In this document: piece by piece, positions 1 through 19,600 of the stretch
Numbering within the stretch: the first letter of the stretch is position 1
Layout: every line of letters starts with the position of its first letter
Source: Macrostomum lignano
Lineage: Eukaryota
NCBI GenBank assembly: GCA_002269645.1
Contig: NIVC01003872.1
Coordinates: 1-64,000, forward strand
Length of the DNA: 64,000 nt
Reading direction: 5' to 3'
Position numbers and translations under genes: made by a program
The notes under the pieces: model-generated
Seen by the model: the letters and a program-made list of their open reading frames with translations, nothing else
What the model was told of the DNA's origin: nothing
The model's database searches: none

Positions 1-2500
1 TCTCACACTCAATCCCACACTCAATCCCACACTGAATCCCACACTGAATCCCACATAGAATCCCACACTCAATCCCGCACAGAACCCCACACTCAATCCC
101 ACCACAGAACCCCACACTCAATCCCACACAGAACCCCACACTCAATCCCACACAGAACCCCACACTCAATCCCACACTGAACCCCACACTCAATCCCACA
201 ACTTAATCCCACACAGAACCCCACAATCAATCCACACACTGAATCCCACACTCAATCCCACACTCAATCCCACACTGAATCCCACACCGAATCCCACAAC
301 GAATCCCACACTGAATCCCACACTCAATCCCACACTCAATCTCACACTCAATCCCACACTGAATCCCACATAGAATCCCACACTCAATCCCACACTCAAT
401 CCCACACTCAATCGCACACTCAATCCCACACTCAATCCCACACTCAATCCCACACTCAATCCCACACTGAATCCCACATAGAATCCCACACTTAATCCCA
501 CAAAGAACCCCACAATCAATCCCACACTGAATCCCACATAGAATCCCACACTCAATCCCACACTCAATCCCACACTCAATCCCACACTCAATCCCACACT
601 GAATCCCACATAGAATCCCACACTGAATCCCACATAGAATCCCACACTGAATCCCACACAGAACCCCACACTCAATCCCACACAGAACCCCACACTCAAT
701 CCCACACAGAACCCCACACTCAATCCCACACAGAACCCCACACTCAATCCTACACTGAACCCCACACTCAATCCCACACTCAATCCCACACTCAATCCCA
801 CACTCAATCCCACACTGAATCCCACACCGAATCCACACTGAATCCCACACTCAATCCCACACTCAATCTCACACTCAATCCCACACTCAATCCCACACAG
901 AACCCTACAATCAATCCCACACTGAACCCCACACTCAATCCCACACTGAATCCCACACTGAATCCCACACTGAATCCCACATTCAATCCCACACTCAATC
1001 CCACACTCAATCCCACACCGAATCCCACACTGAATCCCACACTGAATCCCACACTGAATCTCACACTCAATCCCACACTGAATCCCACATAGAATCCCAC
1101 ACTTAATCCCACACAGAACCCCACACTCAATCCCACACTGAATCCCACACTGAATCCCACACTCAATCCCACACTGAATCCCACATAGAATCCCACACTG
1201 AATCCCACACTGAATCCCACACAGAATCCCACACTCAATCCCACACTGAACCCCACACTCAATCCCACACAGAACCCCACACTCAATCCCACACAGAACC
1301 CCACACTCAATCCCACACTCAATCCCACACTCAATCCCACACTCAATCCCACACTCAATCCCACATCCAATCCCACACTCAATCTCACACTCAATCCCAC
1401 ACTGAATCCCACACTGAATCCCACACAGAACCCTACAATCAATCCCACACTGAACCCACACTCAATCCCACACTGAATCCCACACTGAATCCCACACTGA
1501 ATCCACATTCAATCCCACACTCAATCCCACACTGAATCCCACACCGAATCCCACACTGAATCCCACACTCAATCCCACACTGAATCCCACACTCAATCCC
1601 ACACTCAATCTCACACTCAATCCCACACTGAATCCCACATAGAATCCCTCACTGAATCCCACACTCAATCCCACACTCAATCCCACACTCAATCCCGCAC
1701 AGAACCCCACACTCAATCCCACACTCAATCTCACACTCAATCCCACACTGAATCCCACACTCAATCCCACACTCAATCTCACACTGAATCGCACACTGAA
1801 TCGCACATAGAATCCCACACAGAACCCGCACTCAATCCCACACTCAATCTCACACTCAATCCCACACTGAATCCCACACTCAATCCCACACTCAATCTCA
1901 CACTGAATCCCACACTGAATCCCACACTGAATCCCACACAGAACCCCACACTCAATCCTACACAAACCCACACTCAATCCCACACAGAACCCCACACTCA
2001 ATTCCACACAGTACCCCACACTGAACCCCACACTTAATCCCACACTGAACCCCACACTCAATCCCACACTCAATCCCACACTCAATCCCACACTCAATCT
2101 CACACTCAATCCCACACTGAATTCCACATAGAATCCCACACTGAATCCCACATAGAATCCCACACTGAATCCTACACTGAATCTCACACTGAATCCCACA
2201 TAAATCCCACACTGAATCCCACACTCAATCTCACACTGAATTCCACATAGAATCCCACACCGAATCCCACACTCAATCCCACACTGAATCCCACACTGAA
2301 TCCCACACTGAATCCCACACTGAATCCCACACCGAATCCCACACTCAATCCCACACTCAATCCCACACTGAACCCCACACTCAATCCCACACTGAATCCC
2401 ACACTGAATCCCACACTGAATCCCACACTCAATCCCACACTCAATCCCACACTCAATCCCACACTCAATCCCACACTGAATCCCACATAGAATCCCACAC
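1..2500. repeat. 12-bp minisatellite (CACACTSAATCC and variants), intronic, open at window start
   Basis: Over 200 tandem units such as cacactcaatcc, cacactgaatcc, cacatagaatcc and cacacagaaccc. They produce the artefactual CGIE/VGLS ORFs and abut a minus-strand GTGCGT donor near 2504-2509. Confidence 0.97.
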
Positions 2501-2509
2501 CGCACGCAC

Positions 2510-8592
<6,083 letters not shown>

Positions 8593-9289
8593 CAAAGTCC
8601 GGCTAATCAGGATGCGCAGTGTTGATTAATTTAATTCCGACTTTATTTTCTTGAAATCATCAATCACAAATCATTGCAGCACTCATCGGGCACGGGCCAC
8701 ATGAAGCCACTTGCTTGCTGCGGCTGTGCTTTGTCGTTTGTGTCACACAACCGGCGAGAGGCATTGCTGCCCATTCCGCCGACTCCCCCGAGCAGGCACA
8801 CAAGCGCGCGGATACGTACGCAGTCATCCATGAACACACTCACACAAGAGTTACGGCAGTCCCAACTTTATTTATCGTTAGGCATGTACACTTCACTGCG
8901 CCTTGGGGGTTGCCCCTCAAGGCCGTTAATTGCAAGAGCAGAGCCAAGCCGAGATTCCAATTCAGCCCCAAATTAATGTGACTGCACTTGGAATCGAGCC
9001 TGGGCCGCTGGCACACCAGAGCACCGCGCCAGACCACCACTGGGCTACCTTTGGCCACTTGAAGGCCAACCTTCTGCCTAGGGCTGCTGTTTTATGAGAA
9101 GGAGCGCACAATTTATTGATTCTGTGCTCCAGAGAAATCGAGATTTTTCTATTGCACATTTATTCGACATCGGTCTCGCAACTATTTGATAGCCCCGTAG
9201 TAGCTGTCGAACTGTACAATATTGCTGACAAATTTCCTGAAAATACATTTCAAAATACGACTAAGAAAGGTCGCAGCCTGCACTGGCAG

Positions 9290-9770
9290 ACTGTCAGTAT
9301 GATGACAAAGCTGAGTGACTAATAGGCTACTGTCAGTATGATGACAAAGCTGAGTGACTAATTGGCTACTGTCAGTATGATGACAAAGCTGAGTGACTAA
9401 TAGGCTACTGTCAGTATGATGACAAAGCTGAGTGACTAATTGGCTACTGTCAGTATGATGACAAAGCTGAGTGACTAATAGGCTACTGTCAGTATGATGA
9501 CAAAGCTGAGTGACTAATTGGCTACTGTCAGTATGATGACAAAGCTGAGTGACTAATAGGCTACTGTCAGTATGATGACAAAGCTGAGTGACTAATTGGC
9601 TACTGTCAGTATGATGACAAAGCTGAGTGACTAATTGGCTACTGTCAGTATGATGACAAAGCTGAGTGACTAATTGGTTACTGTCAGTATGATGACAAAG
9701 CTGAGTGACTAATAGGCTACTGTCAGTATGATGACAAAGCTGAGTCACTAATTGGCTACTGTCAGTAGTG
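9290..9770. repeat. 39-bp minisatellite, about 12 copies
   Basis: Unit CTGTCAGTATGATGACAAAGCTGAGTGACTAATWGGCTA. Confidence 0.97.
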
Positions 9771-9945
9771 ATGCACACAAAGCCTACCCAGCTTTCAGAG
9801 CCTGGTTATTTGACAACGCTTGGAGCAGTTTATGAGGCATTTAACAGGCCAAATCCGACGACTACCCTCTGTCTCAGTAATGTGCGTTTTGTTTTATGCA
9901 CCCCAACCCCGCCCGGTTGCATATGCGCACAAGTAAAGCTTTAGC

Positions 9946-11570
9946 TCAGTCAGTCAGCTCATTCAGCTCAGTGAGTCAGCTCATTCAGTCAGCTCAGTCA
10001 GTCAGCTCATTCACATACATGCGCAACAGTCGGCCGAGTCGGCCGATCCGGCCGACCGATTTGGCGGCCAACCAAGGAAGTCGCAAAAATGCCCACCCAA
10101 AAAAACACCCAAGTAGTAGTACTAAGTAGCTGACGAGGCATTTTGACTTAATAAGACAGTCATAGTTACTCCTGCCGTTTACCCAAAGTTGCGTTAATTT
10201 TGCTTTAGGGTTTTTTTACATGTAAGTCGCATTTTTGGCCAAAAACTATGTCGCATTTTGTTAAAACTAAGTCGCACGGCCGACCGAATTTTAGAGGTTG
10301 CGCATGTATGCTCATTCAGCTCAGTAAGTCAGCTCATTCAGTCAGCTCAGTCAGTCAGCTCATTCAGTCAGTGAGTCAGCTCATTCAGTCAGCTCATTCA
10401 GTCAGTGAGTCAGCTCATTCAGCTCAGTGAGTCAGCTCATTCAGTCTGCTCATTCAGCTCAGTGAGTCAGCTCATTCAGTCAGCTCAGTCAGTCAGCTCA
10501 TTCAGCTCAGTGAGTCAGCTCATTCAGTCAGCTCAGTCAGTCAGCTCATTCAGTCAGCTCATTCAGTCAGTGAGTCAGCTCATTCAGTCAGCTCATTCAG
10601 TCAGCTCATTCAGTCAGTGAGTCAGCTCATTCAGTCAGCTCAGTCAGTCAGCTCATTCAGTCAGCTCATTCAGCTCAGTGAGTCAGCTCATTCAGCCAGC
10701 TCATTCAGTCAGTGAGTCAGCTCATTCAGTCAGTGAGTCAGCTCATTCAGTCAGTGAGTCAGCTCATTCAGTCAGTGAGTCAGCTCAGTCAGTCAGTCAG
10801 TGAGTCAGCTCATTCAGTCAGTGAGTCAGCTCATTCAGTCAGTGAGTCAGCTCATTCAGTCAGTGAGTCAGCTCAGTCAGTCAGTGAGTCAGCTCATTTA
10901 GTCAGTGAGTCAGCTCATTCAGTCAGTGAGTCAGCTCATTCAGTCAGTGAGTCAGCTCATTCAGTCAGTGAGTCAGCTCAGTCAGTCAGTGAGTCAGCTC
11001 AGTCAGTCAGTGAGTCAGCTCATTTAGTCAGTGAGTCAGCTCATTCAGTCAGTGAGTCAGCTCATTCAGTCATTGAGTCAGCTCATTCAGTCAGTGAGTC
11101 AGCTCAGTCAGTCAGTCAGTCAGCTCAGTCAGTCAGTGAGTCAGCTCATTCAGCTCAGTGAGTCAGCTCAGTCAGTCAGCTCAGTCAGTCAGTGAGTCAG
11201 CTCATTCAGTCAGTGAGTCAGCTCAGTCAGCTCAGTCAGTCAGTCAGTGAGTCAGCTCAGTCAGTCAGTCAGTGAGTCAGCTCATTCAGTCAGTGAGTCA
11301 GCTCAGTCAGTCAGTCAGTGAGTCAGCTCATTCAGTCAGTGAGTCAGCTCAGTCAGTCAGTGAGTCAGCTCAGTCAGCTCAGTCAGTCAGTCAGTGAGTC
11401 AGCTCAGTCAGTCAGTCAGTGAGTCAGCTCATTCAGTCAGTGAGTCAGCTCAGTCAGTCAGTCAGTGAGTCAGCTCATTCAGTCAGTGAGTCAGCTCAGT
11501 CAGTCAGTGAGTCAGCTCAGTCAGTCAGTGAGTCAGCTCATTCAGTCAGTGAGTCAGCTCATTCAGTCAG
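9946..11570. repeat. Complex TCAG-based satellite (GTGAGTCAGCTCATTCAGTCA), interrupted by a MITE
   Basis: Tandem TCAG/TGAG/CTCA modules; insertion at 10014-10310. Confidence 0.95.
10014..10310. mobile_element. hAT-type MITE, copy 1 (297 bp), containing an antisense 28S rRNA-like segment
   Basis: Perfect 14-bp TIRs CATACATGCGCAAC...GTTGCGCATGTATG; 8-bp TSD CTCATTCA (10006-10013 and 10311-10318); subterminal AAGTCGCA-like repeats; related copy at 38977-39259. Confidence 0.9.
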
Positions 11571-12294
11571 CCACAGGTCTTCCCCAGTTCCGTGATATTT
11601 TCGGTAATAGCACTGGAGCGTTCAGTTTCGGCAATCAGACTATTTAGACAAACAGACATTGCCCAGCGCTGTGCGCTCCTAAAATACTTGCAGGTAGATG
11701 GCTGGCGGCTCAATGAACAAAAGCGAGGCTGCGTGGCAACTGCTGACAAATGTTGAGAAAAAGGCTAAGCTGAGCCAATTAAAAAACTTGAACGCAGAGC
11801 TTGTAAATTTATTGGGTAAACAGAAAACTGCATAAATAATGAGGCTTATAGCTATAAGATACCTGCTAAAAACACAGGCTGGGGCATCCGATGCCCGAAC
11901 GAAATGTGCAAAATAATTATCAGTATAAAAAAGCTAAACAAAAGATGAGCTGGGAAGAGGTAAAAACGGCAGTGCAAATATCTGTATCAGCCAGTGAAAT
12001 CTCTGCTCCAATCAAGACTGAAGCAGCTCCGTGAGCAGGTGAATCGCCTGTGGAGACCCGGGATACCGCATTACTCGCTTAGCTGCTCCTCTGCTCCCAA
12101 AGCCACAATGCAGCGACCAAAAACAGCAATTTAAGGAGATTGTGACCGAAATTACAAAGTAAAAATGAGTGACCGCAAGAGTAAAAGAGTGCAGCTCATT
12201 GCAAATCATCGAGGGCAGTAGGTGCAGGCGGTGCGCCTCAGGCTGAGCTTGCGACTGGGATTGTGGCATCTGTGCAGGACTTTTAATAGCAGAT

Positions 12295-12582
12295 GTACAT
12301 TGGGAGTGGCTGGGGGTCAGGGGATGCACATTGGGACTGGCTGGGGGTTAGGGGATGCACATTGGGAGTGGCTGGGGGTCAGGGGATGCACATTGGGAGT
12401 GGCTGGGGGTTAGGGGATGCACATTGGGAGTGGCTGGGGGTCAGGGGATGCACATTGGGAGTGGCTGGGGGTCAGGGGATGCACATTGGGAGTGGCTGGG
12501 GTTAGGGATGCACATTGGGAGTGGCTGGGGGTCAGGGGATGCACATTGGGAGTGGCTGGGGGTCAGGGGATGTACATTGGGA
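12295..12582. repeat. 31-bp G-rich minisatellite, about 9 copies
   Basis: Unit GGGATGCACATTGGGAGTGGCTGGGGGTCAG. Confidence 0.95.
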
Positions 12583-13256
12583 GCAGTCCCACTAACACCA
12601 ATAGGTGAATAAAAAGCAAAAGTCAGGCAGAGCTGACGCCGCAAAAAGTTTATATTTACCAACAGTTATCTGCACATGCACATGTAGTTATAAATACTGC
12701 ATGTTAAATAATTTCCAGATAGAACGGACAGATCTGTCACGCGTGGGTTGGCCAGAGAATTTCACAGTGGAAAGTGCGAAAAGGTCGAATATGAAAATCG
12801 AGCAGGTCGGGGAAGCGGCCAAAAAGATGGATTTCCCGAAGGGATTGCTGAGCAGTGCAGCACACTGGTTGCTAGGGTGAACCGCACAGGTAAGCACAGG
12901 TGCGCGGGGAAGACAGATGAGAGGGAATCAGTTTGTTGCATGCGATGTGCGCCTGCTTAATGTACTGTAGCCATTGGCTATGATCGAGTAGAGCATGAGG
13001 GCGGTGCGGACTAGGCAGAGATCAGTGCTGTACACGCAAATAGCTAATATTTCTAAAAATACTACTGCCTCGGGTCAGTAGTGCATTACGCATATGACGA
13101 GAAAAATCTTGCACATCTTAAAAACGCTTAAATGAACTGTGCGCATTAATGGGCTGACTGATAAAAGACATTTGCTGAGCTTCAAGTCACCTCCAGGGTG
13201 CTTTCATACAGAACCTACCGGAAATGCTAAGGCTGCTAAGAAACGAGCTGAAGACA

Positions 13257-13547
13257 ACCTGAAGGATTCCCAACAGTACAATCTGAAGGCAGCCTGAAGG
13301 ATTCCCAACAGTACAATCTGAAGGCAGCCTGAAGGATTTCCAACAGTACAATCTGAAGGCAGCCTGAAGGATTCCCAACAGTACAATCTGAAGGCAGCCT
13401 GAAGGATTCCCAACAGTGCAATCTGAAGGCAGCCTGAAGGATTCCCAACAGTACAATCTGAAGGCAGCCTGAAGGATTCCCAACAGTACAATCTGAAGGC
13501 AGCCTGAAGGATTCCCAACAGTACAATCTGAAGGCAGCTAGCCTGAA
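13257..13547. repeat. 35-bp minisatellite, about 8 copies, just 3' of the TESK stop
   Basis: Unit CTGAAGGATTCCCAACAGTACAATCTGAAGGCAGC. Confidence 0.95.
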
Positions 13548-13631
13548 GGTGACCCGAAGTTGATCTCAGAAAGTTAACTCTAAAAGGAAGTAACCAATAT
13601 GGAGATCGCTACGCAAAGGATGGGCCGAGGC

Positions 13632-16600
13632 TCAGGCGAAGCTGCAGTCCCCCAGGGTGTCTATGGAGGAGGACAGGCAGGACACGCAGGACACCCCGGA
13701 GTCGTCGGTGACGCCGGTGCCCTCGCCGCAGGGCCGGCAACGGCGCGCGATCTCGAGGAACTCGATGAGGTCCTGAGACAGGTCCGGGTAGGACCAGGCC
13801 CGGTTCAGGCCGGAGGGCGAGCGCAGCTCGGGACCGGTGGGCAGCAGCAGGGCGGGGCCGTGGCGGCCGGCCTGCAGGCAGGACTTGTTCCGCTCCCAGC
13901 GCACCGTCACGAACGGGTTGTGCTTCATGCCGGGGTTCCAGCAGCGCTGCTGGTGCCGCCGCTCCTGCCAGCTCGCGTCCAGCCGTCGCTGCTCCACCAG
14001 CTCGTCCGCTTCGATGTCGGCGTCGGCCGTGGAGGCGACGTCGCGAACCGTCTCTACGGCGACGCCGGCCTCCAGCTTGTCGAGCAGGCGCATCAGGGCG
14101 CCGGCCAGGTCGGCGAAGCTGGGCCGCACCGCCGGCTCCTGGCTGCAGGCCGACAGCGCCAGCTGCAGCAGCGGCCGCGGGCAGTCGGGCGGCACCAGCG
14201 AGGACTCCAGCGCGGCGGCGTCGATGCCGAAGTCCGGCAGGCGCGGCAGGAAGTCGGGGTCGGCGGGCAGGCGGGTGAGCAGCTCGCACAGCACAATGCC
14301 GTAGCTGAACACGTCAGCCTTGGTGCTGAAGCCGCAGCCGCGCATGCACTCGGGCGCCATCCAGAACGGGCTGCCGACGCACTCCAGCAGGCGCTGCGTG
14401 GCGTAGCGGGGCATCTTGATGGCCAGGCCGAAGTCCGCCACCACCGCCTGGTAGGGCCGGGCACCGCCCGCGTCAGTGCGGATCAGGATGTTCTTCGAGG
14501 CGATGTCGCGGTGGAAAAAGCCCTGCGAAGGAGGGGGGCGTATCTGGTCACTCAATACTGCGTAATCACTCGTCTGGTCACTCAATACTGCGTAATCACT
14601 CGTCTGGTCACTCAATACTGCGTAATCACTCGTCTGGTCACTCAATACTGCGTAATCACTCGTCTGGTCACCCAATACTGCGTAATCACTCGTCTGGTCA
14701 CTCAATACTGCGTAATCACTCGTCTGGTCACCCAATACTGCGTAATCACTCGTCTGGTCACTCAATACTGCGTAATCACTCGTCTGGTCACTCAATACTG
14801 TGTAATCACTCGTCTGGTCACTCAATACTGTGTAATCACTCGTCTGGTCACTCAATACTGTGTAATCACTCGTCTGGTCACTCAATACTGCGTAATCACT
14901 CGTCTGGTCACCCAATACTGCGTAATCACTCGTCTGGTCACTCAATACTGCGTAATCACTCGTCTGGTCACTCAATACTGTGTAATCACTCGTCTGGTCA
15001 CTCAATACTGTGTAATCACTCGTCTGGTCACTCAATACTGTGTAATCACTCGTCTGGTCACTCAATACTGCGTAATCACTCGTCTGGTCACTCAATACTG
15101 TGTAATCACTCGTCTGGTCACTCAATACTGTGTAATCACTCGTCTGGTCACTCAATACTGTGTAATCACTCGTCTGGTCACTCAATACTGTGTAATCACT
15201 CGTCTGGTCACTCAATACTGTGTAATCACTCGTCTGGTCACTCAATACTGTGTAATCACTCGTCTGGTCACTCTAATTGCCAATGAAACAGATATGGTCA
15301 TTATATTCGATAATGAGACATATTTGGTCACTCGAATCAACAATGAGACCCATCTGGCACTCCAACAATCAACAATGAGACTCATCTGGCACTCCAACAA
15401 TCAACAATGAGACCCATCTGGAACTCCAATCAACAATGAGACCCATCTGGAACTCCAATCAACAATGAGACCCATCTGGCACTCCAACAATCAACAATGA
15501 GACCCATCTGGCACTCCAACAATCAACAATGAGACCCATCTGGCACTCCAACAATCAACAATGAGACCCATCTGGCACTCCAACAATCAACAATGAAACC
15601 CATCTGGAACTCCAATCAACAATGAGACCCATCTGGCACTCCAACAATCAACAATGAGACCCATCTGGCACTCCAACAATCAACAATGAGACCCATCTGG
15701 CACTCCAACAATCAACAATGAAACCCATCTGGAACTCCAATCGACAATGAGACCCATCTGGAACTCCAATCAACAATGAGACCCATCTGGCACTCCAACA
15801 ATCAACAATGAGACCCATCTGGAACTCCAATCGACAATGAGACCCATCTGGCACTCCAACAATCAACAATGAGACCCATCTGGAACTCCAATCGACAATG
15901 AGACCCATCTGGCACTCCAACAATCAACAATGAGACCCATCTGGAACTCCAATCGACAATGAGACCCATCTGCCAACACACCTGTCCGTGCACATAGGCC
16001 ATGGCCCGGGCAACATCCAGCGCCAGTCCCAGCCGCACCCTCCAGCTCAGCCGCCTGCCGGGCTCTGCCAGCAGCTGCTCCAGACTGCCGCCCTCGATGT
16101 AGTCGAACAGGCAGTGCAGCCGGCCGCCGTGGATGCAGACGGCGTGGTAGCGCAGCACGTTGGGGTGACTGAGCTTGGACATGATCTCGTGCTCGCGATA
16201 GGCAGAGCGCTGGTTCGTCTCCCCGTTCATCTTCAGGGCCATCTGACGGCCGCTGCGCTCCAGGGTCACTCGGTACACGTTGGAGAAGAAGCCCTTGGCC
16301 AGCAGCTGCACGCTGCTGAAGTCCTGCAGGCTGTAAATCTCCTTCACCGCCAGCAGCAGCGCCGTGTTCAGCCCCGAGCGGGAGCGGCGGCGCTTGCCGG
16401 GGGGCGGCGAGCAGCGGAGGAGGTCCACAGCCACCGCCTTGCTCAGCCCGTTCAGGCGCAGCCGCTGAAGGCGCTCCGACAGCGAGCTGTCGACCTAGCG
16501 GGTGATGGGAAGAGGAAATGGTGAAGGATCGTGCAGATTAAAGGAACGCGGATTATCGAAATAAATATAGAGGATTTGTTGGACTAGCACCGTGGATTGT

Positions 16601-19600
16601 CGGACTAAAGCACCGTGGATTGTCTGACTAAAGCACCGTGGATTGTCTGACTAAAGCACCGTGGATTGTCGGACTAAAGCACCGTGGATTGTCTGACTAA
16701 AGCACCGTGGATTGTCGGACTAAAGCACCGTGGATTGTCGGACTAAAGCACCGTGGATTGTCGGACTAAAGCACCGTGGATTGTCGGACTAAAGCACCGT
16801 GGATTGTCGGACTAAAGCACCGTGGATTGTCGGACTAAAGCACCGTGGATTGTCGGACTAAAGCACCGTGGATTGTCGGACTAAAGCACCGTGGATTGTC
16901 GGACTAAAGCACCGTGGATTGTCGGACTAAAGCACCGTGGATTGTCTGACTAAAGCACCGTGGATTGTCGGACAAAGCACCGTGGATTGTCGGACTAAAG
17001 CACCGTGGATTGTCGGACTAAAGCACCGTGGATTGTCGGACTAAAGCACCGTGGATTGTCGGACTAAAGCACCGTGGATTGTCGGACTAAAGCACCGTGG
17101 ATTGTCGGACTAAAGCACCGTGGATTGTCTGACTAAAGCACCGTGGATTGTCGGACTAAAGCACCGTGGATTGTCGGACTAAAGCACCGTGGATTGTCGG
17201 ACTAAAGCACCGTGGATTGTCGGACTAAAGCACCGTGGATTGTCGGACTAAAGCACCGTGGATTGTCGGACTAAAGCACCGTGGATTGTCGGACTAAAGC
17301 ACCGTGGATTGTCGGACTAAAGCACCGTGGATTGTCGGACTAAAGCACCGTGGATTGTCGGACTAAAGCACCGTGGATTGTCGGACTAAAGCACCGTGGA
17401 TTGTCGGACTAAAGCACCGTGGATTGTCGGACTAAAGCACCGTGGATTGTCGGACTAAAGCACCGTGGATTGTCGGACTAAAGCACCGTGGATTGTCGGA
17501 CTAAAGCACCGTGGATTGTCGGACTAAAGCACCGTGGATTGTCGGACTAAAGCACCGTGGATTGTCGGACTAAAGCACCGTGGATTGTCGGACTAAAGCA
17601 CCGTGGATTGTCTGACTAAAGCACCGTGGATTGTCGGACTAAAGCACCGTGGATTGTCGGACTAAAGCACCGTGGATTGTCGGACTAAAGCACCGTGGAT
17701 TGTCGGACTAAAGCACCGTGGATTGTCTGACTAAAGCACCGTGGATTGTCGGACTAAAGCACCGTGGATTGTCGGACTAAAGCACCGTGGATTGTCGGAC
17801 TAAAGCACCGTGGATTGTCGGACTAAAGCACCGTGGATTGTCGGACTAAAGCACCGTGGATTGTCGGACTAAAGCACCGTGGATTGTCGGACTAAAGCAC
17901 CGTGGATTGTCGGACTAAAGCACCGTGGATTGTCGGACTAAAGCACCGTGGATTGTCGGACTAAAGCACCGTGGATTGTCGGACTAAAGCACCGTGGATT
18001 GTCGGACTAAAGCACCGTGGATTGTCGGACTAAAGCACCGTGGATTGTCGGACTAAAGCACCGTGGATTGTCGGACTAAAGCACCGTGGATTGTCGGACT
18101 AAAGCACCGTGGATTGTCGGACTAAAGCACCGTGGATTGTCGGACTAAAGCACCGTGGATTGTCGGACTAAAGCACCGTGGATTGTCTGACTAAAGCACC
18201 GTGGATTGTCGGACTAAAGCACCGTGGATTGTCGGACTAAAGCACCGTGGATTGTCGGACTAAAGCACCGTGGATTGTCGGACTAAAGCACCGTGGATTG
18301 TCGGACTAAAGCACCGTGGATTGTCGGACTAAAGCACCGTGGATTGTCGGACTAAAGCACCGTGGATTGTCGGACTAAAGCACCGTGGATTGTCTGACTA
18401 AAGCACCGTGGATTGTCGGACTAAAGCACCGTGGATTGTCTGACTAAAGCACCGTGGATTGTCGGACTAAAGCACCGTGGATTGTCGGACTAAAGCACCG
18501 TGGATTGTCGGACTAAAGCACCGTGGATTGTCGGACTAAAGCACCGTGGATTGTCGGACTAAAGCACCGTGGATTGTCGGACTAAAGCACCGTGGATTGT
18601 CGGACTAAAGCACCGTGGATTGTCGGACTAAAGCACCGTGGATTGTCGGACTAAAGCACCGTGGATTGTCAGACTAAAGCACCGTGGATTGTCGGACTAA
18701 AGCACCGTGGATTGTCTGACTAAAGCACCGTGGATTGTCGGACTAAAGCACCGTGGATTGTCGGACTAAAGCACCGTGGATTGTCTGACTAAAGCACCGT
18801 GGATTGTCGGACTAAAGCACCGTGGATTGTCGGACTAAAGCACCGTGGATTGTCGGACTAAAGCACCGTGGATTGTCGGACTAAAGCACCGTGGATTGTC
18901 GGACTAAAGCACCGTGGATTGTCGGACTAAAGCACCGTGGATTGTCGGACTAAAGCACCGTGGATTGTCGGACTAAAGCACCGTGGATTGTCGGACTAAA
19001 GCACCGTGGATTGTCGGACTAAAGCACCGTGGATTGTCGGACTAAAGCACCGTGGATTGTCGGACTAAAGCACCGTGGATTGTCGGACTAAAGCACCGTG
19101 GATTGTCGGACTAAAGCACCGTGGATTGTCGGACTAAAGCACCGTGGATTGTCGGACTAAAGCACCGTGGATTGTCGGACTAAAGCACCGTGGATTGTCG
19201 GACTAAAGCACCGTGGATTGTCTGACTAAAGCACCGTGGATTGTCGGACTAAAGCACCGTGGATTGTCGGACTAAAGCACCGTGGATTGTCGGACTAAAG
19301 CACCGTGGATTGTCGGACTAAAGCACCGTGGATTGTCGGACTAAAGCACCGTGGATTGTCGGACTAAAGCACCGTGGATTGTCGGACTAAAGCACCGTGG
19401 ATTGTCGGACTAAAGCACCGTGGATTGTCGGACTAAAGCACCGTGGATTGTCTGACTAAAGCACCGTGGATTGTCGGACTAAAGCACCGTGGATTGTCGG
19501 ACTAAAGCACCGTGGATTGTCGGACTAAAGCACCGTGGATTGTCGGACTAAAGCACCGTGGATTGTCTGACTAAAGCACCGTGGATTGTCGGACTAAAGC

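Noticed and set aside
190-2500. Long ORFs of CGIE/VGLS repeats
   Set aside because: Translations of the 12-bp satellite, with no coding context.
10121-10184. Annotating an rRNA gene
   Set aside because: Only about 64 nt, inside a TIR/TSD-bounded element, with no other rDNA nearby.
13599-15410. 603-aa plus-strand ORF
   Set aside because: Antisense of TESK exon 3 plus the 30-bp intronic repeat.
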